Shown here: positions 11,159 to 20,929 of the stretch, one piece after another
Layout of the letters: every line of letters begins with the position of its first letter
Numbering within the stretch: position 1 is the stretch's first letter
From: Pirellulaceae bacterium
GTDB taxonomy: Bacteria > Planctomycetota > Planctomycetia > Pirellulales > Pirellulaceae
Assembly (NCBI GenBank): GCA_044371425.1
Contig: JBILTR010000001.1
Coordinates: forward strand, 602,058 to 666,057
Direction of reading: 5' to 3'
Length of the DNA: 64,000 bases
Position numbers and translations under genes: made by a program
Notes under the pieces: generated by a model
What the model was told of the DNA's origin: nothing
Seen by the model: the letters and a program-made list of their open reading frames with translations, nothing else
Database searches by the model: none

Positions 11159-13282
11159 TTGGGTCCCTCCCTCCTCTCTCGCCTCGGAATTCAGTCCAAA
11201 TTGCTCTTGGCCATGCTTCTGCTGACGCTGCTATCGGTCGGCACGATGGGGGCCCTTGGTTACCGGTCGGCTCGCGTCACCTTGCGCGAGGGGGCACTGA
11301 AGCAACTGGAGGCGGTGCGTCACGCCAAGTCCAGCGCCCTGCGCGCCATGCTGACGGCGCTGCGCAACCAAGTGCAGGCTCTTTCCGACAGCCAGATCGT
11401 CGTCGACAGTACGCTGGCATTCCGTCAGGCCTTCGCCGCTACCCGCAACCAGCGTCTGGCTCCCGATCAACTGCAAAGGCTCCGGCAGTTCTATCAGGAG
11501 CAATTCCTTCCCGAGCTAGCCAAGACGCGCGTTGGCACTCCGGTATTGGAACAGTACCTGCCGGAGGGACCGGCCGAGCAGTGGTTGCAGTACTTTTATC
11601 TGGCGGATAACCAGAATCCTTACAACCAGAAACGCAATCTTGTCAGTGCTCCTCTGGAGTCGACTGGATACGACGCAGTCCATCAACAGTTTCATCCTCG
11701 CTTGGTGCGCGCCTCGCAGCTCTTTCAGTTCGATGACATCCTATTGGTTGATGCCGAGACGCTCGACATCCTCTACTCCGTGGAGAAGCAATCCGAGTTC
11801 GCCACCAACCTCGACACCGGCCCCTACTCCAACACGCTGCTTGCGGCTGGCGTAAAGAAGATGATCAAGGCCCGGGATCGCGACGACTTCAAGATCGTCG
11901 ACTTCGAACCCTACGCGCCGGCGCTTGGGTTGGGGGAAGGCTTTGCGCTCAGCCCCATCTTCGATGGCCCGGAGATGATCGGGATCCTGGTGCTGCAGTT
12001 CCCAAGTTCCAAATTCACCGAGGTGATCACTGGGAATTTCGGATGGGAAAAAGAGGGATTGGGGAAAACGGGGGAATGCTACTTGGTTGGTCCTGATTAC
12101 ACCTTCCGCAGTCGCAGCCGCTTCATGGTGGAGGATCCCAAGGCCTTCATCGCCGAACTGCGCAGTCGCGGGATCAACAAGTCGGTCGTCGATCAGATCG
12201 AAAAACAGCAGTCGGTCCTCAATGTCCTAGAAGTGCGCAACGACAGCGTCCGCAACGCATTCCAAGGGAAGGAGGGGATCCATGAGACGCTCGACTACCG
12301 CGGTCAGCCGGTCCTCAGTTCCTATGGCTCCCTGGAGTTGGATTCGCTCCGCTGGGCGGTGATCGCCGAGATAGACAGCGAGGAAGCGTTCCGTCCGATC
12401 CGCGACTATGCACGATCCGCCATCCTTCTAGGATCGGGTTTGGTTCTCGGATCCAGTCTCCTTGCGATCGCGTTGGCTCACCTGCTCAGCCGCCCCCTGC
12501 GTCGGCTGACCGAAGGCGCTCGAAGGATCGGACGCGGCGATACCTCCGTTCGCATCCCGGTCGTCGGCACCGATGAATACGCAGAGGTGACCGAAGTCTT
12601 CAATGAGATGGCAGGTAGCCTCCGGGCGCAGACGAAGCAGCTAGAAGCAAGGATTCAGGAGAATCAGGAATTGCTGCTGAACATCCTTCCCGAACCGGCG
12701 GTGGCCATGCGGCGCGATGGCGATGAAAAGGCGACCAAACAGTTCGCGGACGTTTCGGTGCTGATGGCCGAAATCGGAGGACTGGAGGCGCTCGGGGAAA
12801 AGATGGACGAGAGCCGTGCGATGAGTCTGTTGGGAGACTTGGTGACGGTTTTCGATGAAGTGGCCGACCGGGTGGGAGTCGAAAAGGTCCGGACGATTGG
12901 CGCTTCCTACTTAGCGGTCTGCGGACTTTCGATCCATCGACCCGATCACCTCAATCGAATCCTTCAGTTCGCCAAGGAGATCACCGAGGTGGTCAACCGA
13001 GTCAACCGCGAACATCAGACGCAATTGACCATCGGGATCGGAGTCAACACAGGGCCTGTGGTTGGTGGTGTCGTGGGTCGCCGGAAATTCCTCTACGACC
13101 TTTGGGGCGATACCGTCAATCTGGCAAGTCGCTTGGCTCGCAGCGGAACCCCGGCCATTCTGGTCACCAAAGATGTCTACGAAAAGACCAAGGATCTGCT
13201 CTCCTATCGACCTGGCTCCCCCATGGAAGTCCCCGGCAAAGGATCGCTCGCTCACTGGCAACTCGATCCCTCGGATTCCTGA
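11159..13282 (+). CDS. Membrane sensor adenylate/guanylate cyclase: periplasmic sensor domain, TM, HAMP, class III cyclase domain. The start is TTG 11159 or ATG 11213.
   Basis: Two TM segments flank a ~380-aa periplasmic region. HAMP region LRRLTEGARRIGRGD. Cyclase motifs VLMAEIGG, RTIGASYLAVCGL and GVNTGPVVGGVVG. Confidence 0.8.
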   Translation: MGPSLLSRLGIQSKLLLAMLLLTLLSVGTMGALGYRSARVTLREGALKQLEAVRHAKSSALRAMLTALRNQVQALSDSQIVVDSTLAFRQAFAATRNQRLAPDQLQRLRQFYQEQFLPELAKTRVGTPVLEQYLPEGPAEQWLQYFYLADNQNPYNQKRNLVSAPLESTGYDAVHQQFHPRLVRASQLFQFDDILLVDAETLDILYSVEKQSEFATNLDTGPYSNTLLAAGVKKMIKARDRDDFKIVDFEPYAPALGLGEGFALSPIFDGPEMIGILVLQFPSSKFTEVITGNFGWEKEGLGKTGECYLVGPDYTFRSRSRFMVEDPKAFIAELRSRGINKSVVDQIEKQQSVLNVLEVRNDSVRNAFQGKEGIHETLDYRGQPVLSSYGSLELDSLRWAVIAEIDSEEAFRPIRDYARSAILLGSGLVLGSSLLAIALAHLLSRPLRRLTEGARRIGRGDTSVRIPVVGTDEYAEVTEVFNEMAGSLRAQTKQLEARIQENQELLLNILPEPAVAMRRDGDEKATKQFADVSVLMAEIGGLEALGEKMDESRAMSLLGDLVTVFDEVADRVGVEKVRTIGASYLAVCGLSIHRPDHLNRILQFAKEITEVVNRVNREHQTQLTIGIGVNTGPVVGGVVGRRKFLYDLWGDTVNLASRLARSGTPAILVTKDVYEKTKDLLSYRPGSPMEVPGKGSLAHWQLDPSDS

Positions 13283-13351
13283 TCGGTCGACTCGACTCCT
13301 TGCTGCTTTCCAGCGATCCCCAGTCCCCCAATAGCGCAAACGGTTTTCATC

Positions 13352-14815
13352 ATGGAAACGCTTTGGCAGATCTCCCAAGACCAGCTGATTCCAGCAATCG
13401 CTTTGATCGTTGGCTTTCCCTTGCTGATGATCCTTTCGAATGAGTGGATCCGCGCCTCCGAGGCCAGGGGAGGCAAGCTTCTACCAACCGCTCGTTCGAT
13501 CCGGCGGTTGGTGATCCCGACGCTTGCGATCTGGGTCTTCCTGCGCTGGGTGGCAAAGCTGCCCGATGATCATTTGGCGGTGCGGATCGCTGCGACCTTC
13601 TTTTGGATCAGTGTTCTAATTGCCGTCCTGAACCTGACCAACGATGCGATCTTCGGGAACGCCAATCTGGAGTCCTGGCAGGGACGGATTCCGAAGTTCT
13701 TTCGAGACCTGACGCGCCTGGCGCTAATCGCCTTGGGGGCAGCGATCATCTACTCGCTTGTCTGGAACCAGAACATCAGTGTCGCTCTAACCACCCTGGG
13801 GCTGGGAAGCATCGTTATCGGCCTAGCTTTGCAGGAGCCACTAGGCAACATCGTCTCGGGGATGATGCTGCTGTTCGAGCGACCGCTGAATATCGGCGAT
13901 TGGGTCAATGTAGGAGGTGTCGTCGGGAAGGTGATCGAGATCAATTGGCGTTCGGTCCATATCCAGACACCCACCATGGAATTGCAGATCGTCCCCAACG
14001 TGTCGCTCTACAAAGATGCGTTCACCAACCTCTCACGACCCACCACCATGCGGACCGACCTATATGAAGTCGGATTCTCCTACGATCATCCCCCCAACCG
14101 CGTCAAGCAATTGCTGTTGCAGATGCTGCATGAGACGCCGGGGGTGCTGAAAGACCCGCCACCTCGGGTTCGAACCGTCAACTACGCTGATTTCTCCATC
14201 ATCTACCGATTGATCTTTTCGGTCGAATCCCAAGAAATGCTTCCTGCGACGCGCGATGAGGTGATCACGCGCATTTGGTATGTCGCCAAACGCGAGGGAC
14301 TAAACATCCCTTTCCCGATTCAGTTGGAATACAGCCCAAGCGAGTCGATCAGCACGCCAGAGCCGACGGTGGAAGAGCGTCTGGCAGCTTACCCGCGTTT
14401 CCAGACGGCACTGGTCCCTGGACTACGCGCTCACCAGGAACCACGCACCAAGCAATACGCCGCAGGGGAAGTGCTGCTGCGGGCGGGCGAGCCCAGCCAT
14501 GGCATCTCCCTGATCGTCTCTGGCGACGCTGTCGTCCAGGCGATCGGAGGCGACGGAAATCCAATCACCATCGATACGCTCGATCAAGGTGAGTTTTTCG
14601 GAGAGTACGAACTCTCGGGGGATCAGCCCAGCGAAGTGACGGTGGTGGCTACCAGCGATCTGGTGGTGATCCACTTTCCTCCCGATTCGACATCGCGACT
14701 TCTAGAAAAATCGCCCGCCCTCTCACAGCAGGTGGGAGAGGCTTTATCGAGCCGTCGCAAGGCAGCTCGTGCGGCTCGCGCCATGCAACCCAGCCATGGT
14801 TCCGATGTGGAGTAA
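13352..14815 (+). CDS. Mechanosensitive channel (MscS family) with a C-terminal cyclic-nucleotide-binding domain.
   Basis: MscS core LALQEPLGNIVSGMMLLFERPLNIGDWV; cNMP-binding motifs GEVLLRAGEPSHGISLIVSG and FFGEYEL. Confidence 0.8.
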   Translation: METLWQISQDQLIPAIALIVGFPLLMILSNEWIRASEARGGKLLPTARSIRRLVIPTLAIWVFLRWVAKLPDDHLAVRIAATFFWISVLIAVLNLTNDAIFGNANLESWQGRIPKFFRDLTRLALIALGAAIIYSLVWNQNISVALTTLGLGSIVIGLALQEPLGNIVSGMMLLFERPLNIGDWVNVGGVVGKVIEINWRSVHIQTPTMELQIVPNVSLYKDAFTNLSRPTTMRTDLYEVGFSYDHPPNRVKQLLLQMLHETPGVLKDPPPRVRTVNYADFSIIYRLIFSVESQEMLPATRDEVITRIWYVAKREGLNIPFPIQLEYSPSESISTPEPTVEERLAAYPRFQTALVPGLRAHQEPRTKQYAAGEVLLRAGEPSHGISLIVSGDAVVQAIGGDGNPITIDTLDQGEFFGEYELSGDQPSEVTVVATSDLVVIHFPPDSTSRLLEKSPALSQQVGEALSSRRKAARAARAMQPSHGSDVE

Positions 14816-15036
14816 AGTGCGCGACGGCGTGCGCCGTTCCTCTCAAGCAGGGTGGTCATCTCCGCATCACACCGTCGCGTCGCAGTGGGGTGGTGATGTG
14901 TTGGCGGTCTGTTGAATTCCGCCAGCCACCGCAATCGCCAGCCACCATGACATGACGCTTTTTGTTCCGCCGTTCCTCGACCGGCTCATACAGGCTTCGC
15001 CGATTGTCCTTGTGCAATCCACGTCAAGCGATTGCC

Positions 15037-16059
15037 TTAGGCTTTGCTGAAGCCCAGCCCCATCTGGCGCATGCTTCGACTGCCGTGGCAACCCAGAACG
15101 ATATGGTCCAGCACATCGATCCCGATCAGTTTCCCGCTATCAACCAATCGTTCGGTCACACGCACATCGCACTCGCCAGGGGTTGCGTCTCCTGAGGGAT
15201 GGTTGTGGACCAGCAGCAGGCTTTTGGCCGATTCCCGAATCGCGACACGAAATACCTCGCGAGGATGAACCGGGCTGGCATCCAGAATGCCGACGCTGAC
15301 ACGATGCGTTCGCATCGGCTGGTTCTTTGTATTGAGTAGAACGATATGAAACTCTTCATGGGTCATCGTGCGCATCAGATCGAGAAACTCGGATTCGCAA
15401 AAAGCCACTGCCTGTTCGGGCGTCGTGATGCGAACAGGATCGGTCGACCGGCGACTGGATCGCTCTACCCTCCTACCCAGCTCCACCGCCGCCATCAGTT
15501 GGCAGTAGATGGCTGGCCCAACGACCTTGCTAATCTCTCGCAATTCCCCCAGCCCTGCTTGTGCGAATTGGTCCAGCCGATCGGCATAGTGCCTGGCGAG
15601 GTTTTCTCCCGCCTGGACTGCCGATTCTCCAGGCTGCCCCACGCGAATCAGAATGGCCAGTAGTTCCGCCAGCTTCAGCGAACCGGCTCCCTGAGCCAAA
15701 AGCCGCTCCCTGGGCCGCTCCTCCTGCGGCGAATGACGTACCTGCTGACCATGGACCTTCTTGCCGATCCAGGTCCCGAGACTTTCGCAGTCCGATCCGG
15801 CGCGCCATCGATAGCGCTGGTCATGGCCTGAACCGTCGCTGTCGACCCAACCTTCTCGATGCAACTGACCAACCAGGCGGATCAAAAATGGTTTCTTCTC
15901 CCAAGGAACCAGCTGCGGCAACTCCTCTCGCAGAAACTCTGGATATCCCACCAATGCCTCCAGCACACGTTGGTAGCGCCCCAGCCGATCCGCTTTCTCC
16001 AGAAGTTGGCTCATCGCACACGCTCTCCCAAGTTCTCGGACCGATCTCGGCCCCAGCAA
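15037..16059 (-). CDS. radC: RadC-like JAB-domain protein (UPF0758) with a ~110-aa N-terminal extension.
   Basis: JAMM motif LLLVHNHPSGDATPGECDVRVTERL; HhH-like segment upstream. Confidence 0.7.
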   Translation of the reverse strand: MLGPRSVRELGRACAMSQLLEKADRLGRYQRVLEALVGYPEFLREELPQLVPWEKKPFLIRLVGQLHREGWVDSDGSGHDQRYRWRAGSDCESLGTWIGKKVHGQQVRHSPQEERPRERLLAQGAGSLKLAELLAILIRVGQPGESAVQAGENLARHYADRLDQFAQAGLGELREISKVVGPAIYCQLMAAVELGRRVERSSRRSTDPVRITTPEQAVAFCESEFLDLMRTMTHEEFHIVLLNTKNQPMRTHRVSVGILDASPVHPREVFRVAIRESAKSLLLVHNHPSGDATPGECDVRVTERLVDSGKLIGIDVLDHIVLGCHGSRSMRQMGLGFSKA

Positions 16060-16453
16060 AATCCGGTGTTCGTTTGTTCCATTCTTTTGCGGCTGGGGAT
16101 TTCCTGGCTAGAGGAGGTCGGTAAGCGATTTTTTGCAGATAAAAATCAAGATATTTTCATTGGATCGATCGATTGGCATCTTGTTCCTGATGGACGACGC
16201 GCCTGGTGGACACTTTGCTTTTTGATCCATTTGTTCAGTTCTTTGGAGCCCCCGAGAGGATGCGGCCGGGATGGCGTGCCGGCCGGGATGGCGTCCTGGC
16301 CGGACTCGGGGCTCATGGCGGTACATTTTGGCCGCTGGCAGAAGTGCACAAGAGACGCAGTGGGGCGATCGGGTGGGGATCCAATGCCCCTTGGTTCCCC
16401 GAACGAGTCATTGGGACGGGGGGGCTGGGTACGCGTGGGACGGTTTGTGGGTT

Positions 16454-17740
16454 TCAAGCGGAGGGCGGAACGCCGAATCGTCGTCTTCGTTGCTCCAGCG
16501 ATTGTCGATGGGCATGAGCGACGGCGGCGCGAGCGACCCAACCGGCGGCCGTGGCGGACTCCTCCATCCCTTTGAGAATTTCCTCCAAGCGTCGCAAATC
16601 GTGACAGCCGACGTCCCATCCCGCTCGATACCACAAGTCATAGCGTCTTTCTGGCGATGCCTCCCCCGTCCTGGCTTGTTCCATCCAGTAGTCCACCACG
16701 CGGACGCCTCGCGTGTCCTCTGGATCGGTCAAAGCGTCCCAGTAGGCAGGGGAGATCTGATGGCTGGTGGGGGGCGAGGCGATCTGCATTAGTCGGTTGG
16801 CGGCAAACTTTCGTCCACCCAGGTGAACGCCATGCTTTCGAAGCCGAACCGATTGGTCGGTAAAAATGCTGGTCGAAAGAGCTTGCACCCAGCAGTCGGA
16901 TGCCTCCTGCAACTTCTCCTGTCGCAGGGCACCCCAACCAGCGACATCCCATGCCCAGGACTGATCCGATCGGCGAGCCAGGAGGTGGTGCACTTCGTCC
17001 AGGGCTTCGTCCCATCGCTGAATCAGCCATCGCTGAGGGTCTTGAGGAAGCAGGAGGTTTTGGAACTGTTCCAGTCGTTCGGAAGGAAACTGCATCGAAT
17101 CGAAAAGCCACCAACAAAGCTCCCGGTCCCAGTCTACCTGCAGCCAACGGGCATGCTTGGGGGTCGCCAATCGCGCCGCTTCGGACTGAAGCGCAGCATC
17201 GACCCGATCCAGCGCGATCGCATCGAGCGTCCAGCCCATGTCGCGAAACCATCGCCAGCCCTCTGGGCCTTCCAGATGCTCAAGCTGTACCCTATCGCGC
17301 GGTTGTGCATGGGAGGCGACCGATTGAAAAATCCACCGGTCCAGCGACTGCGATCGGCTCGGTTCGCCAAATGCACTCCACGACTCCCCGCACCACGCCA
17401 CGCGGCAATGGTCGTAAAGCAGCGCTTCGCTCCATCGGCTCCCTAGTGGCAGTTGGTCTCCGCCCCCATGGTTCCAATATTGGATCTCCCCGAAATCCCC
17501 TTCCGCACCGATACGCACACAAAGCCAATCGCCATAGCCGTTGGTGATCCACGGCATGCAGTCGGCAGGCATCCCCAGCGGCCAGCGCGTCGGCTGAAGC
17601 AGTTCATCGACTCCCATCGGCTGGTGGAAGGCACCGCGGGTCGACAGGGGGCCGTCGCCATGGCGCCACCAATCAAGCCATGGGTCGGACCATCGAAGAT
17701 GGTAGCGGTCGGCCAGCCGCATGGCGAACGCATCTGACAT
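16454..17740 (-). CDS. Hypothetical protein with an N-terminal SMI1/KNR4 (SUKH-1)-like domain and a ~300-aa uncharacterised C-terminal region. The start is taken at MSDAF.
   Basis: SUKH-1-like signature GMPADCMPWITNGYGDWLCVRIGAEGDFGEIQYWNHGG. The rest has no recognisable motifs. Confidence 0.4.
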   Translation of the reverse strand: MSDAFAMRLADRYHLRWSDPWLDWWRHGDGPLSTRGAFHQPMGVDELLQPTRWPLGMPADCMPWITNGYGDWLCVRIGAEGDFGEIQYWNHGGGDQLPLGSRWSEALLYDHCRVAWCGESWSAFGEPSRSQSLDRWIFQSVASHAQPRDRVQLEHLEGPEGWRWFRDMGWTLDAIALDRVDAALQSEAARLATPKHARWLQVDWDRELCWWLFDSMQFPSERLEQFQNLLLPQDPQRWLIQRWDEALDEVHHLLARRSDQSWAWDVAGWGALRQEKLQEASDCWVQALSTSIFTDQSVRLRKHGVHLGGRKFAANRLMQIASPPTSHQISPAYWDALTDPEDTRGVRVVDYWMEQARTGEASPERRYDLWYRAGWDVGCHDLRRLEEILKGMEESATAAGWVARAAVAHAHRQSLEQRRRRFGVPPSA

Positions 17741-18010
17741 CAGAGAATAACCACGCGCATCGAGAGGAGGGCTGCCCGCGAAAACCTCAGCCGGGAGGCT
17801 GGCTCCCTCACATGATCCTACCTGAGTTTTCCGCCGGCTGCGAAGCAACAGGACGACAAGACCGATCAGGGTAGCAGAAAAGGATTGCCGCCTGAAATGC
17901 TCCCGAACGCTTTTCCGCTAAAATTCAGATGGTCGTTGCGGGATCGTTGGGCGGCTATCAGGGCAGAGGGACGAAGAGACCTGAAGGGTCTGTAGGAGTT
18001 GCGTTGCATC

Positions 18011-19426
18011 ATGGATCGGGAGCCGCCACAAGAAGAGCCAGCTGGCGTTGATGCGGCCGGAAGGAGCCAGCTGCTGCAAGCCAGTCGGCTCCATCTGGAG
18101 AGGATTCAGCTACCCAAGCTGCAGCGTCTTTTGGACCTAGCCCGCCTGGAAAGCCCTTTCTATCGAGAGCGACTGCGGGATGCACCGGTCAGCTTGCGAT
18201 CGGTCTCCGATTGGAAGGATCTACCGACCACGGAAAAAGAGGATTTGGTCGACCCGGATCACCCCATGGGGTTGGCCAAGCATCATCGGCTGCCACTGGA
18301 GTCGTACGCCCGGTACCATCGGACCAGTGGCACCATGGGCAAACCGATGGTGATGCTCGACACGCAGGAGGACTGGCGATGGTGGCGGGAAACCTGGCAA
18401 TGGGTGCTCGACGCCGCCCAGGTCACCAGGCAGGACCGGGTGCTGATGGCTTTTTCTTTCGGACCTTTCATCGGTTTCTGGTCTGCCCATGATGCCTGTT
18501 TGGACCGAGGGGCGATGGTGATCCCGGCCGGTGGGCTTTCCACCCCCTCTCGGCTCGACCTTCTCCTGGCATCCCGAGCCACGGTTCTGGCGTCGACCCC
18601 TTCCTATGCCCTCCATCTGACCGAATTGGCCCTGGAGAGGAATCTTCCGATTGCAGCCAGTCAGCTGCGCACCATTCTGGTAGCGGGAGAGCCAGGTGGA
18701 AGTCAGCAAACCGTTCGCAAGATGCTGGAATCCGCTTGGAACGCCAAGGTCATCGATCATGCCGGTGCCACCGAACTTGGGCCCTGGGGATTTGGCGACT
18801 CACAGGGTGCGGGGCTGCGAGTGATTGAGACGGAATTCTTCGCAGAGTTCCTTCCGTGGGCGCCTGCAGTTTCCCAATGGTCTGCCGAAGATGGTGCGAT
18901 CTCGCGGTCGGATAGAGACTTGGCGGAAAATTCTTTCGCATCGCCAGATGCCCTTCACCCTCCATCGCCTACCCATGAACTGGTCCTCACTCCCCTGGGC
19001 CGCTTCGGATCGCCATTGATTCGGTATCGCACCGGGGATCTGGTTCGTCCCGTATTCGAAGCTCACGGTTTCGTGCGCCTCGAAGGGGGAATCCTGGGGC
19101 GACGGGATGCGATGTGGGTCATTCGTGGCGTCAACATCTATCCAGGCAGTGTGGAGACGATCTTGAGGAGCGAATGTGGGGTGCGCGAGTTTCAGGTGCG
19201 CGCGGTGCGTCGTGGAGCTCTCGACCAACTGGAAATCGATGTGGAACCTGGACCGATCTCCCCTCCGCAGATCGCTCAAATCCTTCATGCCCGATTGGCT
19301 CTTCGAGTCGACGTTCGGGAAGTAGCCGAGGGCTCGTTGCCTAGGTCGGAAGGCAAGGCAAAAAGATTTCACGATCAGCGTCCCTCGTCCGCAAACAACC
19401 CCCATCAAGAAGACCGTCGAACATGA
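18011..19426 (+). CDS. Phenylacetate-CoA ligase-like adenylate-forming enzyme (PaaK / coenzyme F390 synthetase / CapK family).
   Basis: YHRTSGTMGKPMVM adenylation P-loop-like motif; YRTGDL near the C-terminus; family-typical length. Confidence 0.7.
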   Translation: MDREPPQEEPAGVDAAGRSQLLQASRLHLERIQLPKLQRLLDLARLESPFYRERLRDAPVSLRSVSDWKDLPTTEKEDLVDPDHPMGLAKHHRLPLESYARYHRTSGTMGKPMVMLDTQEDWRWWRETWQWVLDAAQVTRQDRVLMAFSFGPFIGFWSAHDACLDRGAMVIPAGGLSTPSRLDLLLASRATVLASTPSYALHLTELALERNLPIAASQLRTILVAGEPGGSQQTVRKMLESAWNAKVIDHAGATELGPWGFGDSQGAGLRVIETEFFAEFLPWAPAVSQWSAEDGAISRSDRDLAENSFASPDALHPPSPTHELVLTPLGRFGSPLIRYRTGDLVRPVFEAHGFVRLEGGILGRRDAMWVIRGVNIYPGSVETILRSECGVREFQVRAVRRGALDQLEIDVEPGPISPPQIAQILHARLALRVDVREVAEGSLPRSEGKAKRFHDQRPSSANNPHQEDRRT

Positions 19427-20724
19427 CCTGGAACTCGGCAAGGCTCCAATCAATACGCCAACAATTCCCTTCGCTCCAACGGCAACATGAGGACCAGGAA
19501 GCGATTTACCTGGATGGTCCTGCTGGGTCGCAGGTGCCGCGGCGGGTTGCGGAGCGAATCGCGGAGGTGATGATCGACCATCAAGCGAATCGGCATGGAA
19601 AATTTCGAACGAGCCAAGAGGTAGATGCTGTCATCGACGCCGCGCATCAGGCCGCCGCAGACTTCCTGGGCGCCAGCGATCCTGGGGAGACCGTTTTTGG
19701 CGCGAACATGACGACGCTCACCTTTGCCTTCTCTCGCGCCCTGGCGCGGACCTGGAATCGAGGCGACCGGATCGCTCTAACCCGCCTAGACCACGACGCC
19801 AATGTCACTCCCTGGAAAATCGCCGCAGAGGAATGTGGCGTGGAGGTGGTGTGGATCGATATCGACCCAGTCGACTGCACATTGAATCTGGAACAACTGG
19901 AAACAGCATGCAAGAGCCCCCTGCGGCTGCTGGCCATCACGGCGGCGTCCAACAGTGTCGGCACTCTGCCTCCACTAGATCGCTGCATTTCACTCGCGCG
20001 ACAAGCAGGAGCTTGGGTCTTTGTCGACGCGGTCCACCTCGCCCCCCACCAGCGCGTGGATGTCGCGCGACTGAATGCCGACTTCCTCATCTGCTCCGCC
20101 TACAAATTCTTTGGTCCCCATGTCGGAATCCTCTGGGGAAGAAGGTCGCACTTGGAGTCGCTGCGGCCCTACAAGGTGGAGCCAGCTCCAGAGACCGTCC
20201 CTGAGAAGTGGATGACCGGTACACAAAACCCGGCTACTCTGGCGGGGGTCACCGAAGCGATCGATTACCTCGCCTCTCTGGCGGATCCTTCGTCCCCTTC
20301 GCCGCTGCACTCCGCGCCCAATCGTTCCAGGCGGCAGCAACTCGATGATGCCTTTCGTCAGATCCAGCTACACGAAATGGGGTTGATCGAGCGGTTGATT
20401 GGAGGGCTGCAGACGATTCGAGGTGTGACCATCCATGGGATCACCGATCCGAAGCGATTTTGGGAGCGAGTGCCGACGCTGGCGCTATCGGCCGAAAACT
20501 GGTCCAGCATCGACTTGGCGCAGGCCCTTGGCGATCGCGGCATCTATGCGTGGCACGGAAACTACTACGCGCTCCAGTTGGCCCGGCGACTAGGGAAGGA
20601 GAAGACGGGGATGCTGCGATTGGGTTGCATGCACTACAACACGGAAGCGGAGATCGATCGCGTCGTCGCGACACTGATGCAGATCCTCGATAGTCGATCG
20701 GCGACTGGGGCTTCTCGCGCCTGA
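19423..20724 (+). CDS. Aminotransferase class V fold PLP-dependent enzyme (cysteine desulfurase / SufS-CsdA-like).
   Basis: FLICSAYKFFGPHVGILWG PLP-lysine region; DHDANVTPW; the ATGA start overlaps the stop of the upstream gene. Confidence 0.75.
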   Translation: MTWNSARLQSIRQQFPSLQRQHEDQEAIYLDGPAGSQVPRRVAERIAEVMIDHQANRHGKFRTSQEVDAVIDAAHQAAADFLGASDPGETVFGANMTTLTFAFSRALARTWNRGDRIALTRLDHDANVTPWKIAAEECGVEVVWIDIDPVDCTLNLEQLETACKSPLRLLAITAASNSVGTLPPLDRCISLARQAGAWVFVDAVHLAPHQRVDVARLNADFLICSAYKFFGPHVGILWGRRSHLESLRPYKVEPAPETVPEKWMTGTQNPATLAGVTEAIDYLASLADPSSPSPLHSAPNRSRRQQLDDAFRQIQLHEMGLIERLIGGLQTIRGVTIHGITDPKRFWERVPTLALSAENWSSIDLAQALGDRGIYAWHGNYYALQLARRLGKEKTGMLRLGCMHYNTEAEIDRVVATLMQILDSRSATGASRA

Positions 20725-20761
20725 TTGGATTTTCCCTGGCGCGCGTCCATCCCCACCCGTG

Positions 20762-20782
20762 GCATGGCCGTCCCGGCCATGC
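20762..20782. repeat. Solo copy of the repeat-family hairpin core (gcatggccg-tcc-cggccatgc).
   Basis: Same 9-bp stem as the hairpins at 21972-21992, 22266-22286 and 30994-31014. Shared flank cgtggcatggccgtc.cggccatgca. Confidence 0.6.
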
Positions 20783-20846
20783 AAAGTGATTCAAAGATAG
20801 AATGTCCTGTCTTCGTCGTTACTGCCCCAAACCCCTCTTCGATCCA

Positions 20847-20874
20847 TACCAGGCACCGACATCGGTGCCTGGTA
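20847..20874. terminator. 12-bp-stem hairpin (taccaggcaccg-acat-cggtgcctggta) between convergent genes; candidate bidirectional terminator.
   Basis: Perfect inverted repeat read directly. It lies between the aminotransferase (+) and PEP-CTERM (-) 3' ends. No U-tract. Confidence 0.35.
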
Positions 20875-20929
20875 TCAACGTCCGATCATGGACTTGCAGA
20901 TGCCTGCCAGTCCATTTCTGAAAACCAGC

